Of a DNA stretch of 64,000 nucleotides, positions 46,801-57,972 are shown piece by piece; position 1 is the first letter of the stretch, and each line of letters begins with the position of its first letter. A program made the position numbers and the translations under genes. Below the pieces are notes generated by a model, which was given only the letters and a program-made list of their open reading frames with translations, did not search any database and was not told the origin of the DNA. Source of the stretch: a virus. Location: the IMG/VR virus record IMGVR_UViG_3300044971_002889; one strand, 5' to 3'.

Positions 46801-49800
46801 ATGAATATTGGGTTTCCATTGTAATTAGTCTCAAAATCTAATTTATTAATTAGTGGTGAATTGACTCCAAAATATTGTGCTATTTTTACAGATTGTGTAA
46901 TTGGAGAATACACTAAATCTGGTGGGATATTAACAACATCTAAGTCTCTGTAAAAACACTCATTAAACGATATTATTTCTATATTTCCAGAAATAGAAGC
47001 ATCTGGATAAAAACTAAGTATAATATTATTAGAATCAACGCTTGCTTCAAAAGTTCCTATTCCACTTGTACTTCCAATTGATAGGAATGGATATTGTAAA
47101 GTATAAACATCATTTCCATCATACATTGTCATTATTTGATGTAATGCACTAGTTTCACCTAATGCAACCCTTATTGTTGATTTAACTGATGTAAATAAAG
47201 ACTTATCTAAAATAATTACACTTGTAGAACCAGAAGAAACATTATTGAAATTGGATTCAAAAACTACTGTTCTTTCATTTGTGTTTGTTTGCCCTGGAAG
47301 TTTAAATCTATAAAAGTCTCCTCCCAATGCAGTAGTTCCAAATCCTACTGTTTTAGTCCTTACGATTATATTTTCAGATTCTGTATTTGTGTAATTTAAT
47401 GATAATAATCCTCCAGATAGTGACGCTCCAAATGATCCTATAGAACCATAACTCTCACCTTCTTCATTATTGAAATAATATTCTGTAATGTAGGTATCTG
47501 AACCATCATGAGATACATAAATTTCAACATAGTTCATAAGAGAACTATCATTATTCAAAACATGAATATTTGAATAAATTGATGAATATTTTGCAGAATC
47601 CAACTGAATAATAGATGTTGTTACGCCACTAGAAACAATTCTATTTTGAGATATTAAGTCAATGCAATTTAAACTTAATGTTGATCCAATTCCTGATTTA
47701 CTTGTAAAGGTATCTTGCAATACTTTAATATCAAAACTAGAATTAAAAGGATCTTCTGGTTCAAATCTCAGATAGAAAATGCCATCTTCGTCTACATGTC
47801 CTGCAATATTTGCAAGTAAAGAATTAGAGTCAAAAGTTGTTGATCCATAACTTATAGTTCCAGTGGTTATTTCTCCCTTGTATAGGGTAAAAATATCTTG
47901 ATCATCATTAATTGTAACTACTTCGCTAAACTGAGTTTCATTATTTAAAGTATTTTTTACCTGTACTAAAAATTTATTATATTGATTTGAACTTACTATT
48001 GGTAAAATATTAGACACATTTGTTCTTTCATCATCATAGCTAGAAAATTCAGAACTAATATCATCAATTTTTAATACTTGATTTGTTTTGCACAATACAT
48101 AATCGGATAAACGAACATTATCAAATTTAATAAATTTAGATCTATCATTTACAGTATCTACATCAACTACAAGGTCAAAATTATTAATAGTATCAACTCT
48201 ATTATCCTCAATAAACATACTAATGAGTGATACAGTTGATTCTGTAGTTCCTATTCCAGATTGGACATTTTGTTTTAATTCAGTATCTGAGAAGTTTTTA
48301 GTACCACTAGTATGTAATAAATTATTTACAGGTGTTACTATTTCTTCCCAAGTTTTAGTACTTTTTACTGTATAAGAAAGATTTTGATAATAATCATTAT
48401 CTGGTATTACTTGAGAATCATCATTTAATTTTCCAGTTTGGTCACTCCATCCAAAATTTTGAAGATTGAAATAATCAATATTGTAAATTCCTTCAGTGGT
48501 CTTAACTACATCAACAGTCGCTTCACTAAATGATTGTAGTCCTCTTATTCTCTCATTTGATGAAAGTGTGTAACTTCCTGTTACTCTTATTATATTTTCA
48601 TCACAATTTGTAACAATTAAGTCTCTAGTTATAAATCCTAATCCATTATCAGATGATAAAGTTTCACCTACTAAAAATGGTAAAAACTTTTGAGTAACTT
48701 CAAATTCAGGATAATTTTTATAGTTTGTAATAGATGCATAGGATTCCTGAATAGTTTTTGCAATTCCAGGATTAGTTGTTAAACCAGAAACACTAAATTC
48801 CAACTTATCAGGATTTAATGCGAAGTAGTTTGTTACTGTAAAGAATCTATAACCATAATCTGAAGAATTAAATCCATCCCCAGAAGAATTTGTTTTTTCA
48901 ATTCCTTCTACAAATATTCTATCTCCAACTGCAAAGGGAGATGATGTAAATCCTGCAATAGGTGTAGTTAAAATACACGTAACTATACCAGAAGAAGATG
49001 ACTCTACTCTACTTATTGATATTGAGTTAGAATTATTAATCGCTCTAATTGTTGCTGGTTTAATTGGAAGACCCTTAGGTTCTACTTCAATTTTTACTTC
49101 ACCAATTGAAGATCCAGTTAAATTTGCCTTTAATAATCCAGATTGAATTAATTCTCCAGTATCAGAATCTACTAATACTAAATCTGGTTCAGAAGTATAA
49201 TCTTGTCCACCATTTAAAATAGTTATACTTTCAATTGTATTTGAAGATGAAATATAAACTGATTGTGGGATGGTTGCAGTTGGTCTCAGAGTTTTATCTG
49301 AAGCATACTCAAATCCTTCATTTATAATTCTGCTTTGTGTAATTTTTCCAATGCTTTTCGAAGATGGAATAATAAACCCACCTGCACCATTTTTGGAATT
49401 AGATCCAGTAAAACGAGGAAGTGACTTATATCCATATCCACCAGAAATAAGGTTTACTTTACTAATACCACCTGCTGCAGAATTGGAAATTGTAGAATAT
49501 TTTATAGTATCACAGTCATCTTTTTGATAAGAAAGTTTTTCTGGTGTTTTCTTTAAAGAAATTGTAAAAGATGTATTTGCTACACCAATAACATCATAAA
49601 TTCCATTATATTCACTATCAACAAATAATATCTCAGAATAATTAACAACATCCGAATCTGCTGTACTAATATATCCAGATTTTTCTAAACTATAATAAAG
49701 TTTTTCTGGAACAGAGTTTGTATAGTCAAAAGTTATAGAAGAATTTGTAAATCCAGCAGTGCCAATTCCTAAAATTGAAAGTGATTCTGTAGTTGCAACA

Positions 49801-52800
49801 GAAACAAATTCTTTACTAAAATCTTGATCATAGTAAATTTTTAATTTGTATCCTAGTAAAGAAGAATCAGATAAGTCAAATACAAGATTATTATTTTTAA
49901 TGACTTGAATTTGTGGATTGACTAAACTAATACTTTGTGTTCCAATACCAGTACTTAATATATCAACAGAAGTTGGTGGATTTAAAACAGAATCTAAGTA
50001 AGTTTCACATAATTTTATATTATTATCATCTATTCTATAAACATAATATTTTCCCGTTGATATTCCTGTTGGTATAGAGTTTGCTTCATATAAAACTTTA
50101 TCTCCGGTTTTAAGTCCGTGAGAATTTATCTGAATTTGATTAGTTACTGTATTAATTCCAGAGGAGTTAAAACCAATTGGGTTAATAATTAAACTATTTG
50201 TTAAAGAATTAAGTTTAACCTTAATTGATGTTGATGTCCCAATCCCAACAGATAAGTCTGGTTTTAGAACTAAAGATACTTTATCACCAATTGATAAATT
50301 ATGAGATGTAGATACAGAAACTATGGAATTTATTTTATTCACATCAGCATTAACTTGACTGAAATTAGATTCAATTGAATATTGATAGTTGTTATTTGCA
50401 GAAGACCAACTAATATTTCTAAAGAATAATCCTCCAGTATTTGTTGTTAATCCAACATTAGTTACTATACCAATGTAATCCTTAGACTTATTGATTACAT
50501 ATAATGTTTGAAAATTTCCACCTAAAATATTAAAAGAACTACTTGTAGGGGTATTTGAAACTGCGATAGGATCAGCACCACTAGGTTTTCTAAAAATTAC
50601 TTCCTGACCTGTATTAAATGGATGATTTGGTACAAAAATACTTTGAGTTGGAATAAAAGTATTATATGTTGTAATTCCAATATTATAATTTACATTTATA
50701 CCCGTTCCAGTTGTTGTTCCAATTCCAACAGATTTTGTTGGATTATAGTAAACTTTATCATTTACCTTTGACTCAAAGTACTCTGTAGACTTATTTACAG
50801 TAAACGAGTTTGGAAGGAAATATACAGGTGTTGTTTGTGTATGTATTCCTCCACTAGTATTTCTACTTGCTCTTACAACACCAAAGTTATTGTAGATATT
50901 AAGAACTGAGAAAATTTCATTATCAATTTTAAAACTACTTCCAATAGAAATATTTCCTGGAATAGATGTCAGGTAAATATCTGTAACTATTCCTGTAGAA
51001 GCATATGCAGGTATTTCTTTATCTAATATTGTAGAATAAGTTGTTAATCCTACCTTGTAAGAACCATTTAAATTGGATACCTGAGTAGATAGTCCAGATA
51101 TATTAATATTGTCATTGTTTAAAAATTCATGATATGGTAAAACATTGACATTAATAGTATTTTCATCTACCCAAGTAATCAAAGAATCATTAAAAGATTG
51201 AATGGTTGTGTTAATTTGATTGATTTGTTTTCCTGTTATTTCTGAAACTTTTGCAAATATTCCACCACCTTCACCACTATCATCAAAATTAATTTCATCA
51301 CCTACTTTATAGTCTGTTCCAGAACTTACTATTTCTAAATCAGAAACGCTTCCTAAAGAAACTGATTCAATTAAAGTTTTTTGCTCAATGATTTCATTTG
51401 ATTCTACAATAAAATCATTATCAGCGTATTCTTCGTTTACTTTATATGGAAAAGTATTTCTAATTAAAGATGACCCATTAAAGTCAAAAGTTTGATCTAA
51501 TTCTATATTTTCTTCAATATATGGAGATCTATATTCATTTCCAATAAAGTACGGAAACTTTCCGACGACATCTCCGTTAACATTATTTTGAACAGTTGCA
51601 AAGTATGCATATATTCCTTCTGGAAATTCTGGAGTTTTGCAAAATCTTCCATTATATTGATCTAAGTCACCACTATTTGTAAACTTGTAATCCTCAACAA
51701 AATATCCAAGTGGAAAACTTTCGGTAGATGGTCTATTTTCAATATCAGTTATTGAATAACCCGGCTCTAATTTTTTAACTAATCTAGTATCATTGGGATC
51801 AGAATATCCATACGATCCATAAATTGGATTTCCATCATAAGACCAACCAATGATATTAGAGTGAATTGTATTTCCTCCATTATCTTTAATATTATTTTTC
51901 AATCTTTCAGAATATCCAATAACTGCATACTCTAGATTATTTTCTGTTTCAATTAGTACTTCTGTAGCAGGATCTCTGTAGTTTGCTTTTTGTATTCCAT
52001 ACTTATATGAATTATTGAGAGTCAATGATCTAACACTAGACTCAAATACTGCATTTTTTCCTGCCGATACAGCAAGAATTATAGTATCTGTACTGCTATA
52101 TCCAGCACCAGGATTTACAACAATAACATCTACAATTTTATTATTTGAAACTACGGGTCTTAGATTTGCTCCTACACCACTACCCAACACTACTAAGTCT
52201 GGTGTAGAGTAATAATCTTGTCCACCATACAGAACTGTAACATCAGCAATTCTACCATTCTGAATTAATGGTTTGAATTGCGATTCTTTCCCATTCTTTA
52301 CAATGATTTGAGGTCTTTGGTGAGTATTTAAAATGAGAGATCCATAGTTAGATCCTTTCTCATAAACATAGAGTTGATCTATTTTTCCTCTAATTATTGG
52401 AGTTGCTACAATAGAACCTCTGACTTGTGTACTTCCTAGTCCTACCGAAGTGTATTCTACGGACAAAGAAATATTGGGATAACTAAAAATTTGATATCCA
52501 GATCCACTCGTCGAAAACTTTACGTAATTTTTTCTTTGATAATTTGATAAAATGTTACCACCAATACCAGCATCACAAAGTCTGAATTTATTTGAATCTA
52601 CTTTTAATATTTGATATTTGTTTAAAGTAGATAGACCTACTATTTCTGTAGTTTCATAACTATAAGTTATTATTTCTCCATCAGAAAATCCATGATTTTC
52701 AAATTGTATGGTGTGATCATAAGTAGATATTCCAACTGGTTTTACTCTAAGTTTTCTATTGGTGTATGTACCACCTTTTATAATTTTTATTTCACTTAGT

Positions 52801-55589
52801 TTATTTTTTACCTCAGTTTTAAACTTTTGAATTCCAATGTTTCCTATTGTGGTAAATCCAACAGTGTTAATTCCTGCAGAATAATCTGAAAGACTCTGAT
52901 AAAGTTCAATAGTCCTATCATTGATTACTTTTGAATAATACGTTGCACCATTTACTAATGTTTTAGATTGATCTAAATCGGAACCACCAAATGTTCCAAT
53001 ACCAATCGAACTGAAGTTATTATTATTGTAAACAATTGCTTGTCCGTCAGTAAGGTTATGACTTTTCGTAAATGCAATTCTTTCATTAATAGAATCTAAA
53101 CCACCACCACTAGAAAGTGGTCTAGCATCAAATTCAATTTCTCTAACATATTTTTCTATAACTGGTTGAAAACTTGCTCCAGACCCATTGCCACCAGTAA
53201 GTGCTACAGAAACTACAACATCTACATCAAAGTCTTGAGGATCTACATATATTTTTTCAACAGAACCAGTTATCACTGGTTGCACAAGGGCATTTCCTGT
53301 AGATAAATTTAATAGTGGAAGATTTATAACATCATATCCATTTCCTCCGTTTAAAACATCAACTTTTTCTAAAGGCCCATAATAAATTTTATCCTGAGTT
53401 TTATAACTGTATATTTCAACACCATTTTTTAATAAACCAATTCCTCCAGGAACCGTTTCATGTTTTTTATTATCACCTAAAGTTTGATTTAATTTAAATT
53501 TTTTAAGAAGTTTTTGGGGAGAAATTAATTTAGATTTCTGTGAGTATAGTACAAACTTATGAGTGCCTGTTACTATACCATTTGACAATTCTCCAAAGGA
53601 AACATAATCATCAGATCCAACAGTACTATTACTTAAATATAATCTAATTCTTGTGTTATTAATATTAAGATTAGAATTTTTTAATACCTCAACATAGTAA
53701 GAACCTTCTGTCAATCCTTGTATAGGTGTACTTCCATCAGTATAATAATATACTCTATCTCCTGTTATAAAAGAAACAAAATTATTAGTTCCAAATTCAA
53801 TTATAGTATAACTTTCATTTTCATTTTTTCCTGATAGACTATTTACAGTATACTCAAAAATATTTGCTTCTATTGGATATGATGGAAGAGAATTAGATGC
53901 CACATACAAATTCTCATTATTTTCATCATAAACATTTTGAACATCAGAAGTTATTTTATTATTTCCAAATTGTATAGGTGATGTTGTTGAAGATGACTTT
54001 TTAACCTTCCTTCTAATGTCATATTTAACAGTCGAACTTAATCCCGAAGTACTTACATTAACTGTTATTTGATTATTAGAAACTGATGTAACTGTTACAT
54101 CATTAAATCCAGTAATTACAGTTTCAGCATTCCTTTGTAAAATCTCTATTTTATCGCCTATTGCTAAACTTGTAGCATCTACAAGAGATTTTGTAGTAAT
54201 ATTATTTCCTGTAAAAGAATCTACTTGATATCTAGAACTAGTATTATAAATCCAAGTATTTGCAAAAATTTTGTTCGGTTCTGATCCTTTTGATATAATT
54301 TTTCCTAGATTTTGTGGATATAGTTCTTCACCCTCTAAAAAGTTATATGAGTCTGAATCAATAACTACGTTTGACAAGACGCCAGTTATAACAAATTCTA
54401 CTTTTTTACTTTCATCACCATCTTCATATCCATAGTAAGTATCATTAGATATGACTGTAGAAGTTTTTTTAATATTGATTGGGTTGTTAGAGTTTATATA
54501 ACAACCTAAAAACTGGTTAACAGTTTTTTCACTATAAAATATTTCAGTATTATTATAAAAAATACTTCCAGATTCTGAAAATCCAATTGTAGAATCAACA
54601 GTAATTACTGTTTTATTACTAGTTAGTGTAACATCTTCTACTATCTTAGTATTTGGAGTTATAGAAAAAGTTCCAGTAATGTTTGGATAAGTATCATCAT
54701 ATCCAACAAAAAAATTAAGTTTATAATAAGTTTTTCCTTTTCTAGTAATAGTTTCTACTTCAGAAACTGATGCAGTAGTATTTTTTTCATCGGTAGATTT
54801 TTTAATTGTTTGTCCCGCTAATTTGGTGGGATTACCAGAAATTACATCAATTACTGCAACTTCTCTTCTTATGAATCTAGAATCGGATGGTTTAATTAAA
54901 AATTGCTCTAAATCTACTACAGTTGGTTTTTCTCCAAATAAAACATTAAATAAAATTCTAAAAGACTCTTCTGTTCCTTTTGATTCATAAAGAGTTCTTG
55001 CTTCTTTTATAAAATTTCCAACGTTTAAATTTTCAGTAAAATCTACTCCTTCTAGACCTGGAGTTAGACTAAACTTTATTTTTTTATAAAATTCTTGTAA
55101 AAATAATGAACTAAGATTTTCAATTTTTGTGTCTTTACTGTGAGGTGCTGCTGAAGATTTCGTAAAAACTAATTCTTCGTACTGAAGATCTTTATGGTAA
55201 TTAGTAATTCCACTAAATCCTCTAATACATCCAGTAAAAGAAGTTTCAGTCGATCCTGTGTAAGTTATTATTTCATTATCAATTTTTAATAAACCATACT
55301 GTGGTGGAAATCCTTTAGTACTTTCTACTTCTATTGTAGAACTTGTACTTGTGATAGTGCTACCAAGAGTTACACTACCTATTATAACTTCAGGAATAAG
55401 ACTATCAAGATTTATGTACTGATCCAGATTTTCAACAATATCTGTTGGGCCGCCCTGATATTCTTGAGAAATATAGTACTGCTTTAAAAATTCAGATGCT
55501 TTTGGATTTTCATCTAAAACAAATTCTGGTAATTGACTGTCAATTATTTGTTGTACTTTTATTCTCGACTCGAAACCATTTTGTACCAT
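43827..55589 (-). CDS. gp7: Giant baseplate wedge initiator-like protein (3920 aa)
   Basis: QLPEFV, FLKQYY, Y.SKGT.ESF.ILF..LFG, DNDYYQNLSY, LHTSG; lies between gp6 and gp8. Confidence 0.75.
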   Translation of the reverse strand: MVQNGFESRIKVQQIIDSQLPEFVLDENPKASEFLKQYYISQEYQGGPTDIVENLDQYINLDSLIPEVIIGSVTLGSTITSTSSTIEVESTKGFPPQYGLLKIDNEIITYTGSTETSFTGCIRGFSGITNYHKDLQYEELVFTKSSAAPHSKDTKIENLSSLFLQEFYKKIKFSLTPGLEGVDFTENLNVGNFIKEARTLYESKGTEESFRILFNVLFGEKPTVVDLEQFLIKPSDSRFIRREVAVIDVISGNPTKLAGQTIKKSTDEKNTTASVSEVETITRKGKTYYKLNFFVGYDDTYPNITGTFSITPNTKIVEDVTLTSNKTVITVDSTIGFSESGSIFYNNTEIFYSEKTVNQFLGCYINSNNPINIKKTSTVISNDTYYGYEDGDESKKVEFVITGVLSNVVIDSDSYNFLEGEELYPQNLGKIISKGSEPNKIFANTWIYNTSSRYQVDSFTGNNITTKSLVDATSLAIGDKIEILQRNAETVITGFNDVTVTSVSNNQITVNVSTSGLSSTVKYDIRRKVKKSSSTTSPIQFGNNKITSDVQNVYDENNENLYVASNSLPSYPIEANIFEYTVNSLSGKNENESYTIIEFGTNNFVSFITGDRVYYYTDGSTPIQGLTEGSYYVEVLKNSNLNINNTRIRLYLSNSTVGSDDYVSFGELSNGIVTGTHKFVLYSQKSKLISPQKLLKKFKLNQTLGDNKKHETVPGGIGLLKNGVEIYSYKTQDKIYYGPLEKVDVLNGGNGYDVINLPLLNLSTGNALVQPVITGSVEKIYVDPQDFDVDVVVSVALTGGNGSGASFQPVIEKYVREIEFDARPLSSGGGLDSINERIAFTKSHNLTDGQAIVYNNNNFSSIGIGTFGGSDLDQSKTLVNGATYYSKVINDRTIELYQSLSDYSAGINTVGFTTIGNIGIQKFKTEVKNKLSEIKIIKGGTYTNRKLRVKPVGISTYDHTIQFENHGFSDGEIITYSYETTEIVGLSTLNKYQILKVDSNKFRLCDAGIGGNILSNYQRKNYVKFSTSGSGYQIFSYPNISLSVEYTSVGLGSTQVRGSIVATPIIRGKIDQLYVYEKGSNYGSLILNTHQRPQIIVKNGKESQFKPLIQNGRIADVTVLYGGQDYYSTPDLVVLGSGVGANLRPVVSNNKIVDVIVVNPGAGYSSTDTIILAVSAGKNAVFESSVRSLTLNNSYKYGIQKANYRDPATEVLIETENNLEYAVIGYSERLKNNIKDNGGNTIHSNIIGWSYDGNPIYGSYGYSDPNDTRLVKKLEPGYSITDIENRPSTESFPLGYFVEDYKFTNSGDLDQYNGRFCKTPEFPEGIYAYFATVQNNVNGDVVGKFPYFIGNEYRSPYIEENIELDQTFDFNGSSLIRNTFPYKVNEEYADNDFIVESNEIIEQKTLIESVSLGSVSDLEIVSSGTDYKVGDEINFDDSGEGGGIFAKVSEITGKQINQINTTIQSFNDSLITWVDENTINVNVLPYHEFLNNDNINISGLSTQVSNLNGSYKVGLTTYSTILDKEIPAYASTGIVTDIYLTSIPGNISIGSSFKIDNEIFSVLNIYNNFGVVRASRNTSGGIHTQTTPVYFLPNSFTVNKSTEYFESKVNDKVYYNPTKSVGIGTTTGTGINVNYNIGITTYNTFIPTQSIFVPNHPFNTGQEVIFRKPSGADPIAVSNTPTSSSFNILGGNFQTLYVINKSKDYIGIVTNVGLTTNTGGLFFRNISWSSANNNYQYSIESNFSQVNADVNKINSIVSVSTSHNLSIGDKVSLVLKPDLSVGIGTSTSIKVKLNSLTNSLIINPIGFNSSGINTVTNQIQINSHGLKTGDKVLYEANSIPTGISTGKYYVYRIDDNNIKLCETYLDSVLNPPTSVDILSTGIGTQSISLVNPQIQVIKNNNLVFDLSDSSLLGYKLKIYYDQDFSKEFVSVATTESLSILGIGTAGFTNSSITFDYTNSVPEKLYYSLEKSGYISTADSDVVNYSEILFVDSEYNGIYDVIGVANTSFTISLKKTPEKLSYQKDDCDTIKYSTISNSAAGGISKVNLISGGYGYKSLPRFTGSNSKNGAGGFIIPSSKSIGKITQSRIINEGFEYASDKTLRPTATIPQSVYISSSNTIESITILNGGQDYTSEPDLVLVDSDTGELIQSGLLKANLTGSSIGEVKIEVEPKGLPIKPATIRAINNSNSISISRVESSSSGIVTCILTTPIAGFTSSPFAVGDRIFVEGIEKTNSSGDGFNSSDYGYRFFTVTNYFALNPDKLEFSVSGLTTNPGIAKTIQESYASITNYKNYPEFEVTQKFLPFLVGETLSSDNGLGFITRDLIVTNCDENIIRVTGSYTLSSNERIRGLQSFSEATVDVVKTTEGIYNIDYFNLQNFGWSDQTGKLNDDSQVIPDNDYYQNLSYTVKSTKTWEEIVTPVNNLLHTSGTKNFSDTELKQNVQSGIGTTESTVSLISMFIEDNRVDTINNFDLVVDVDTVNDRSKFIKFDNVRLSDYVLCKTNQVLKIDDISSEFSSYDDERTNVSNILPIVSSNQYNKFLVQVKNTLNNETQFSEVVTINDDQDIFTLYKGEITTGTISYGSTTFDSNSLLANIAGHVDEDGIFYLRFEPEDPFNSSFDIKVLQDTFTSKSGIGSTLSLNCIDLISQNRIVSSGVTTSIIQLDSAKYSSIYSNIHVLNNDSSLMNYVEIYVSHDGSDTYITEYYFNNEEGESYGSIGSFGASLSGGLLSLNYTNTESENIIVRTKTVGFGTTALGGDFYRFKLPGQTNTNERTVVFESNFNNVSSGSTSVIILDKSLFTSVKSTIRVALGETSALHQIMTMYDGNDVYTLQYPFLSIGSTSGIGTFEASVDSNNIILSFYPDASISGNIEIISFNECFYRDLDVVNIPPDLVYSPITQSVKIAQYFGVNSPLINKLDFETNYNGNPIFMKIFDPSNSLNFATGICTIPNHFFNTGEQLIYRPKSTFIGIGTSAIGIGATENYVGVVTTVLPEVIYAIRETKDTIRIATKKEYAEQGIGVTFTSVGLGNAHELEMFKKNEKSLITINNLAQYPISYSYVSHTLLGNGGQIGTASTIFALSGISSINPTDLLKIDDEYVRVENVGLGTTNIGPITFTGNVPLVEVTRGFVGSSVGVHTDSTNTRVYRGSYNISGNKIYFTQPPRGNQLDLVGPDENALPRERATFTGRVFLRQDYTSNQIYDDISDQFTGIGQTFILTSQGINTVGLGTSGGNGIVFINSIFQSPTTLNNSGNNYSIAENNLSGTTNITFSGIRSDSSLYTSQYDVNMNQLPRGGIIISLGSTSGLGYAPLVGASVTAVIGAGGTIISVGLGTQDILGSGYRGNVSVAVTESGHTGSAATITANVGMGGVLSFTVVGGGSGYSNPTINVSSPSYENLPVIGVSRLGIGATTDTGVGLLLNVKVGASSTTGIGSTYFEVTDFKITRNGYGFRRGDIFKPVGLVTDARLGSPISEFELTVLDTFTDSFAAWQFGELDYIDSIKNYQNGTRTRFPLFYNSELLSFEVDEDQIDSQLIDLNNVLLIFVNGILQEPGSSYQFNGGTSFVFTVPPKPEDDISIFFYRGTRDVDSIQKNTIETIKVGDTVQIFSNNNISNTITQNKRVIYDIAGSDKVETNLYTSQGIDTANEKPLYWTKQKVDLLINGDIVSKSRDSIESQIYPTANIIGDLDSTDTEIFVDDSSLFNYENESPINFSGVIFKNTNVGIATTDFSTQFEVVTGISDVEGFNASVIGIETANGIGSSLAIQFTIRNISNPLNPLDFSNLQVGYPVYISNTTVGNGVTSIDSSDFDIVAISTSKLNNVYKIHAFNSTTGIITCNVASDTSIVGIATTGTLNYPVGRMSWGRLSGFTRSSSPISIAVTGYMSSLGISSEGYSAGLSTYPIIQRRGYGLRDTGSLIKDKLS

Positions 55590-55590
55590 A

Positions 55591-57546
55591 TTATGACCTC
55601 GTTAAACTCCCATTTGAATAACTTGAGCGATAAGAATTTTTAGCAAAAACAACACCAGAAATATCTTCACCAGATGTAATAGTATCCTTTATCATATTTA
55701 TTTGACTTTTTGAGACATCAAAAGAAACATAAAGATCTTTTAATCCAATAACATCATTTGATTCTGGATATGCTTGTATCTCAATAATGTCATTTTTTAG
55801 AATGGTTGATGTAATAGTAAGAGTATTGATTAGTATTTCACCTGCTTCATAATTAACTACACCAGCAGACTGCACAACAATAAATGGTTCTAAAGAATTA
55901 TTAGATTGTGTTTCTGAAGAAACTTCTGTTGCTGGTTTTACAATTGCAATTACTCCTGTTTTTCCATCTGAATTTGGCACATCACTAAAGTAAACAGTAT
56001 CCGATTCTCCTAAAATTTTAAATCCAGTTGACTTGATATTATATCCATATTGATTCACATGGAATTGATTACCAAAACAAATTTCATATTGTGCTTGCTG
56101 ATTTATAAGTGCTTTTAAATCTCTTCTTATTCTTACTTTCGTGATATTTGATGTAATTGCAGTATCAGTATTGTCTATAACTTGTAAAAGTTTACTATAT
56201 TTAAATCTTCCTCCAAATTTATTTAAGTCAACAGATTCTGAATATTTTGTGAGTGATGTATTTACTTTTGTCTTTAGATCAGAAACACTTGCAACTAAAT
56301 TATCATTATAGTAGATATAAGATTCAATCTCTACATAAAGTATTTTAAGATCTATAATTTTTGCATTTATTCCAGATACGGTGTATTGTTTTAATTTTGA
56401 AAGTATATTATCTTTATCAAAATCAGAAACAAAGGTGCCATTTTTTGGTTTAATGCTGATTAAAACAGTACCAAATTGTGGAGGTGTTAACTCTTCACCA
56501 CCAATTACAGATATAGATTCTGCATTTCCATATATCTTAGATTTAATAATAGTTTCATAATCATTTGCAGTTACTGCCCTATATTGTGATGAATATAATC
56601 TAGGAGCAAAATAACGAATAGAATCTATAGTTTCAATGTCTGAACCATTTTGAGATCTTTGATTTGTAGTAACTGCAATTGTATTCTGTGGAATTACATT
56701 CCTATCATCAGAATCTCTTAAAGATCCTGCAAAAGTAAATGTTTCTACACCATTTCCATCTTTTCCGCTTGTTATAATATAGTTTGCAGTAATTATTGCC
56801 CCATTTTCTAATTTTTGACCAAAGAATCCATCTCCAAAAAGAAGTTGATATTTTTCATCTTGAACTTCTTGAATTAAGAATATTTGGGAATTTGAATTAA
56901 TTTGAAATATATTATCAACCAATGAATATTTTATTCCCAGTCCAGTGTCACTTGATCCTTTTACATAAACTCTAATTGTTGATGTATCAATAAAAGAATT
57001 ATTGAGAATAAATTTTTGATCTAAAGATGCATTTACAGTAAATTTTTTGTTAAGAAATGTACCTTCTTTAATTTTAATATTAGTAAATGATGCTACTCCA
57101 TTTACAACAGGGACTGTGATATTTTCTGGAGCAGAAAAGACATAAGATGATCCTCTTACAGATCCTGTGCAGACAAGTCCTGCCTGCAAGGTGAGTGTAG
57201 GAGTATAAACGGGTGTATTATCTTGTAAGTAACTACTTGGAGGTACATTCACCGTGAACGATACAGTTGCCTCTGCAGCATTTCTTGAGTATGGTACGTA
57301 TCCTATGTTTCTTGCAAGGGATACAACATTTTCTCTTACGGTTGCTGAGTCTAAAAAAGACTCATTTATAACCATGTTAGAGTTAAACGCCGTAATATAG
57401 GTGTTATATGCTAGAGTATCAATTAAAACAGAAAAGTTCGATCCTTCAAAATCAAAATCCGTAAATGTAGAGTTAGCACGGAGATAATCTTTGATCGAAG
57501 TCTTTATTTGATCGAAATCTAGATTCGTAAATTTAGTAAAAGGCAT
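55591..57546 (-). CDS. gp6: Baseplate wedge subunit
   Basis: LDFDQIK, DFDFEGSN, ESFLDSA..RENVVSLAR.IGY, RAVTANDY. Confidence 0.94.
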   Translation of the reverse strand: MPFTKFTNLDFDQIKTSIKDYLRANSTFTDFDFEGSNFSVLIDTLAYNTYITAFNSNMVINESFLDSATVRENVVSLARNIGYVPYSRNAAEATVSFTVNVPPSSYLQDNTPVYTPTLTLQAGLVCTGSVRGSSYVFSAPENITVPVVNGVASFTNIKIKEGTFLNKKFTVNASLDQKFILNNSFIDTSTIRVYVKGSSDTGLGIKYSLVDNIFQINSNSQIFLIQEVQDEKYQLLFGDGFFGQKLENGAIITANYIITSGKDGNGVETFTFAGSLRDSDDRNVIPQNTIAVTTNQRSQNGSDIETIDSIRYFAPRLYSSQYRAVTANDYETIIKSKIYGNAESISVIGGEELTPPQFGTVLISIKPKNGTFVSDFDKDNILSKLKQYTVSGINAKIIDLKILYVEIESYIYYNDNLVASVSDLKTKVNTSLTKYSESVDLNKFGGRFKYSKLLQVIDNTDTAITSNITKVRIRRDLKALINQQAQYEICFGNQFHVNQYGYNIKSTGFKILGESDTVYFSDVPNSDGKTGVIAIVKPATEVSSETQSNNSLEPFIVVQSAGVVNYEAGEILINTLTITSTILKNDIIEIQAYPESNDVIGLKDLYVSFDVSKSQINMIKDTITSGEDISGVVFAKNSYRSSYSNGSLTRS

Positions 57547-57547
57547 T

Positions 57548-57949
57548 TTATCTTGTTGCCTCTAATATGAATGAAAACTGCTGTACTGGAAGTTCTTGAC
57601 CAATAATTTCAAATGTGATTGTCACTTCAAATTCATTTAGATCTGGTATAGGATCAACTTGAACAATTACGTTTGCAACTCTTTGTTCATAGTTATTAAT
57701 CACTTCAATAATTTGATCTTGAATTGTTGAAGCAGTTGCATAATCAACAAAATCAAACAAACTGCTTCTTACATTTGATCCAAGAGTGGGGTTAAAAAAC
57801 CTTTCAGTTGGAATTGTTTCAACTAAATTACGAACTGAGCGAATAATTGCCCTTTCATTTGTTAAAACAGACAGATCTTTAGTCACCGGATGTGGGTCAA
57901 AAGATAAACTAATATCTTTGAAAGATCTGGATATCCTGGTGACTGCCAT
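57548..57949 (-). CDS. gp25: Baseplate wedge subunit
   Basis: FKDISLSF..HPVT.D, AI.RSVRNLV.T...ER.F.P..GS. Confidence 0.92.
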   Translation of the reverse strand: MAVTRISRSFKDISLSFDPHPVTKDLSVLTNERAIIRSVRNLVETIPTERFFNPTLGSNVRSSLFDFVDYATASTIQDQIIEVINNYEQRVANVIVQVDPIPDLNEFEVTITFEIIGQELPVQQFSFILEATR

Positions 57950-57972
57950 TTTGAGATAAATTCTTTACTTAT

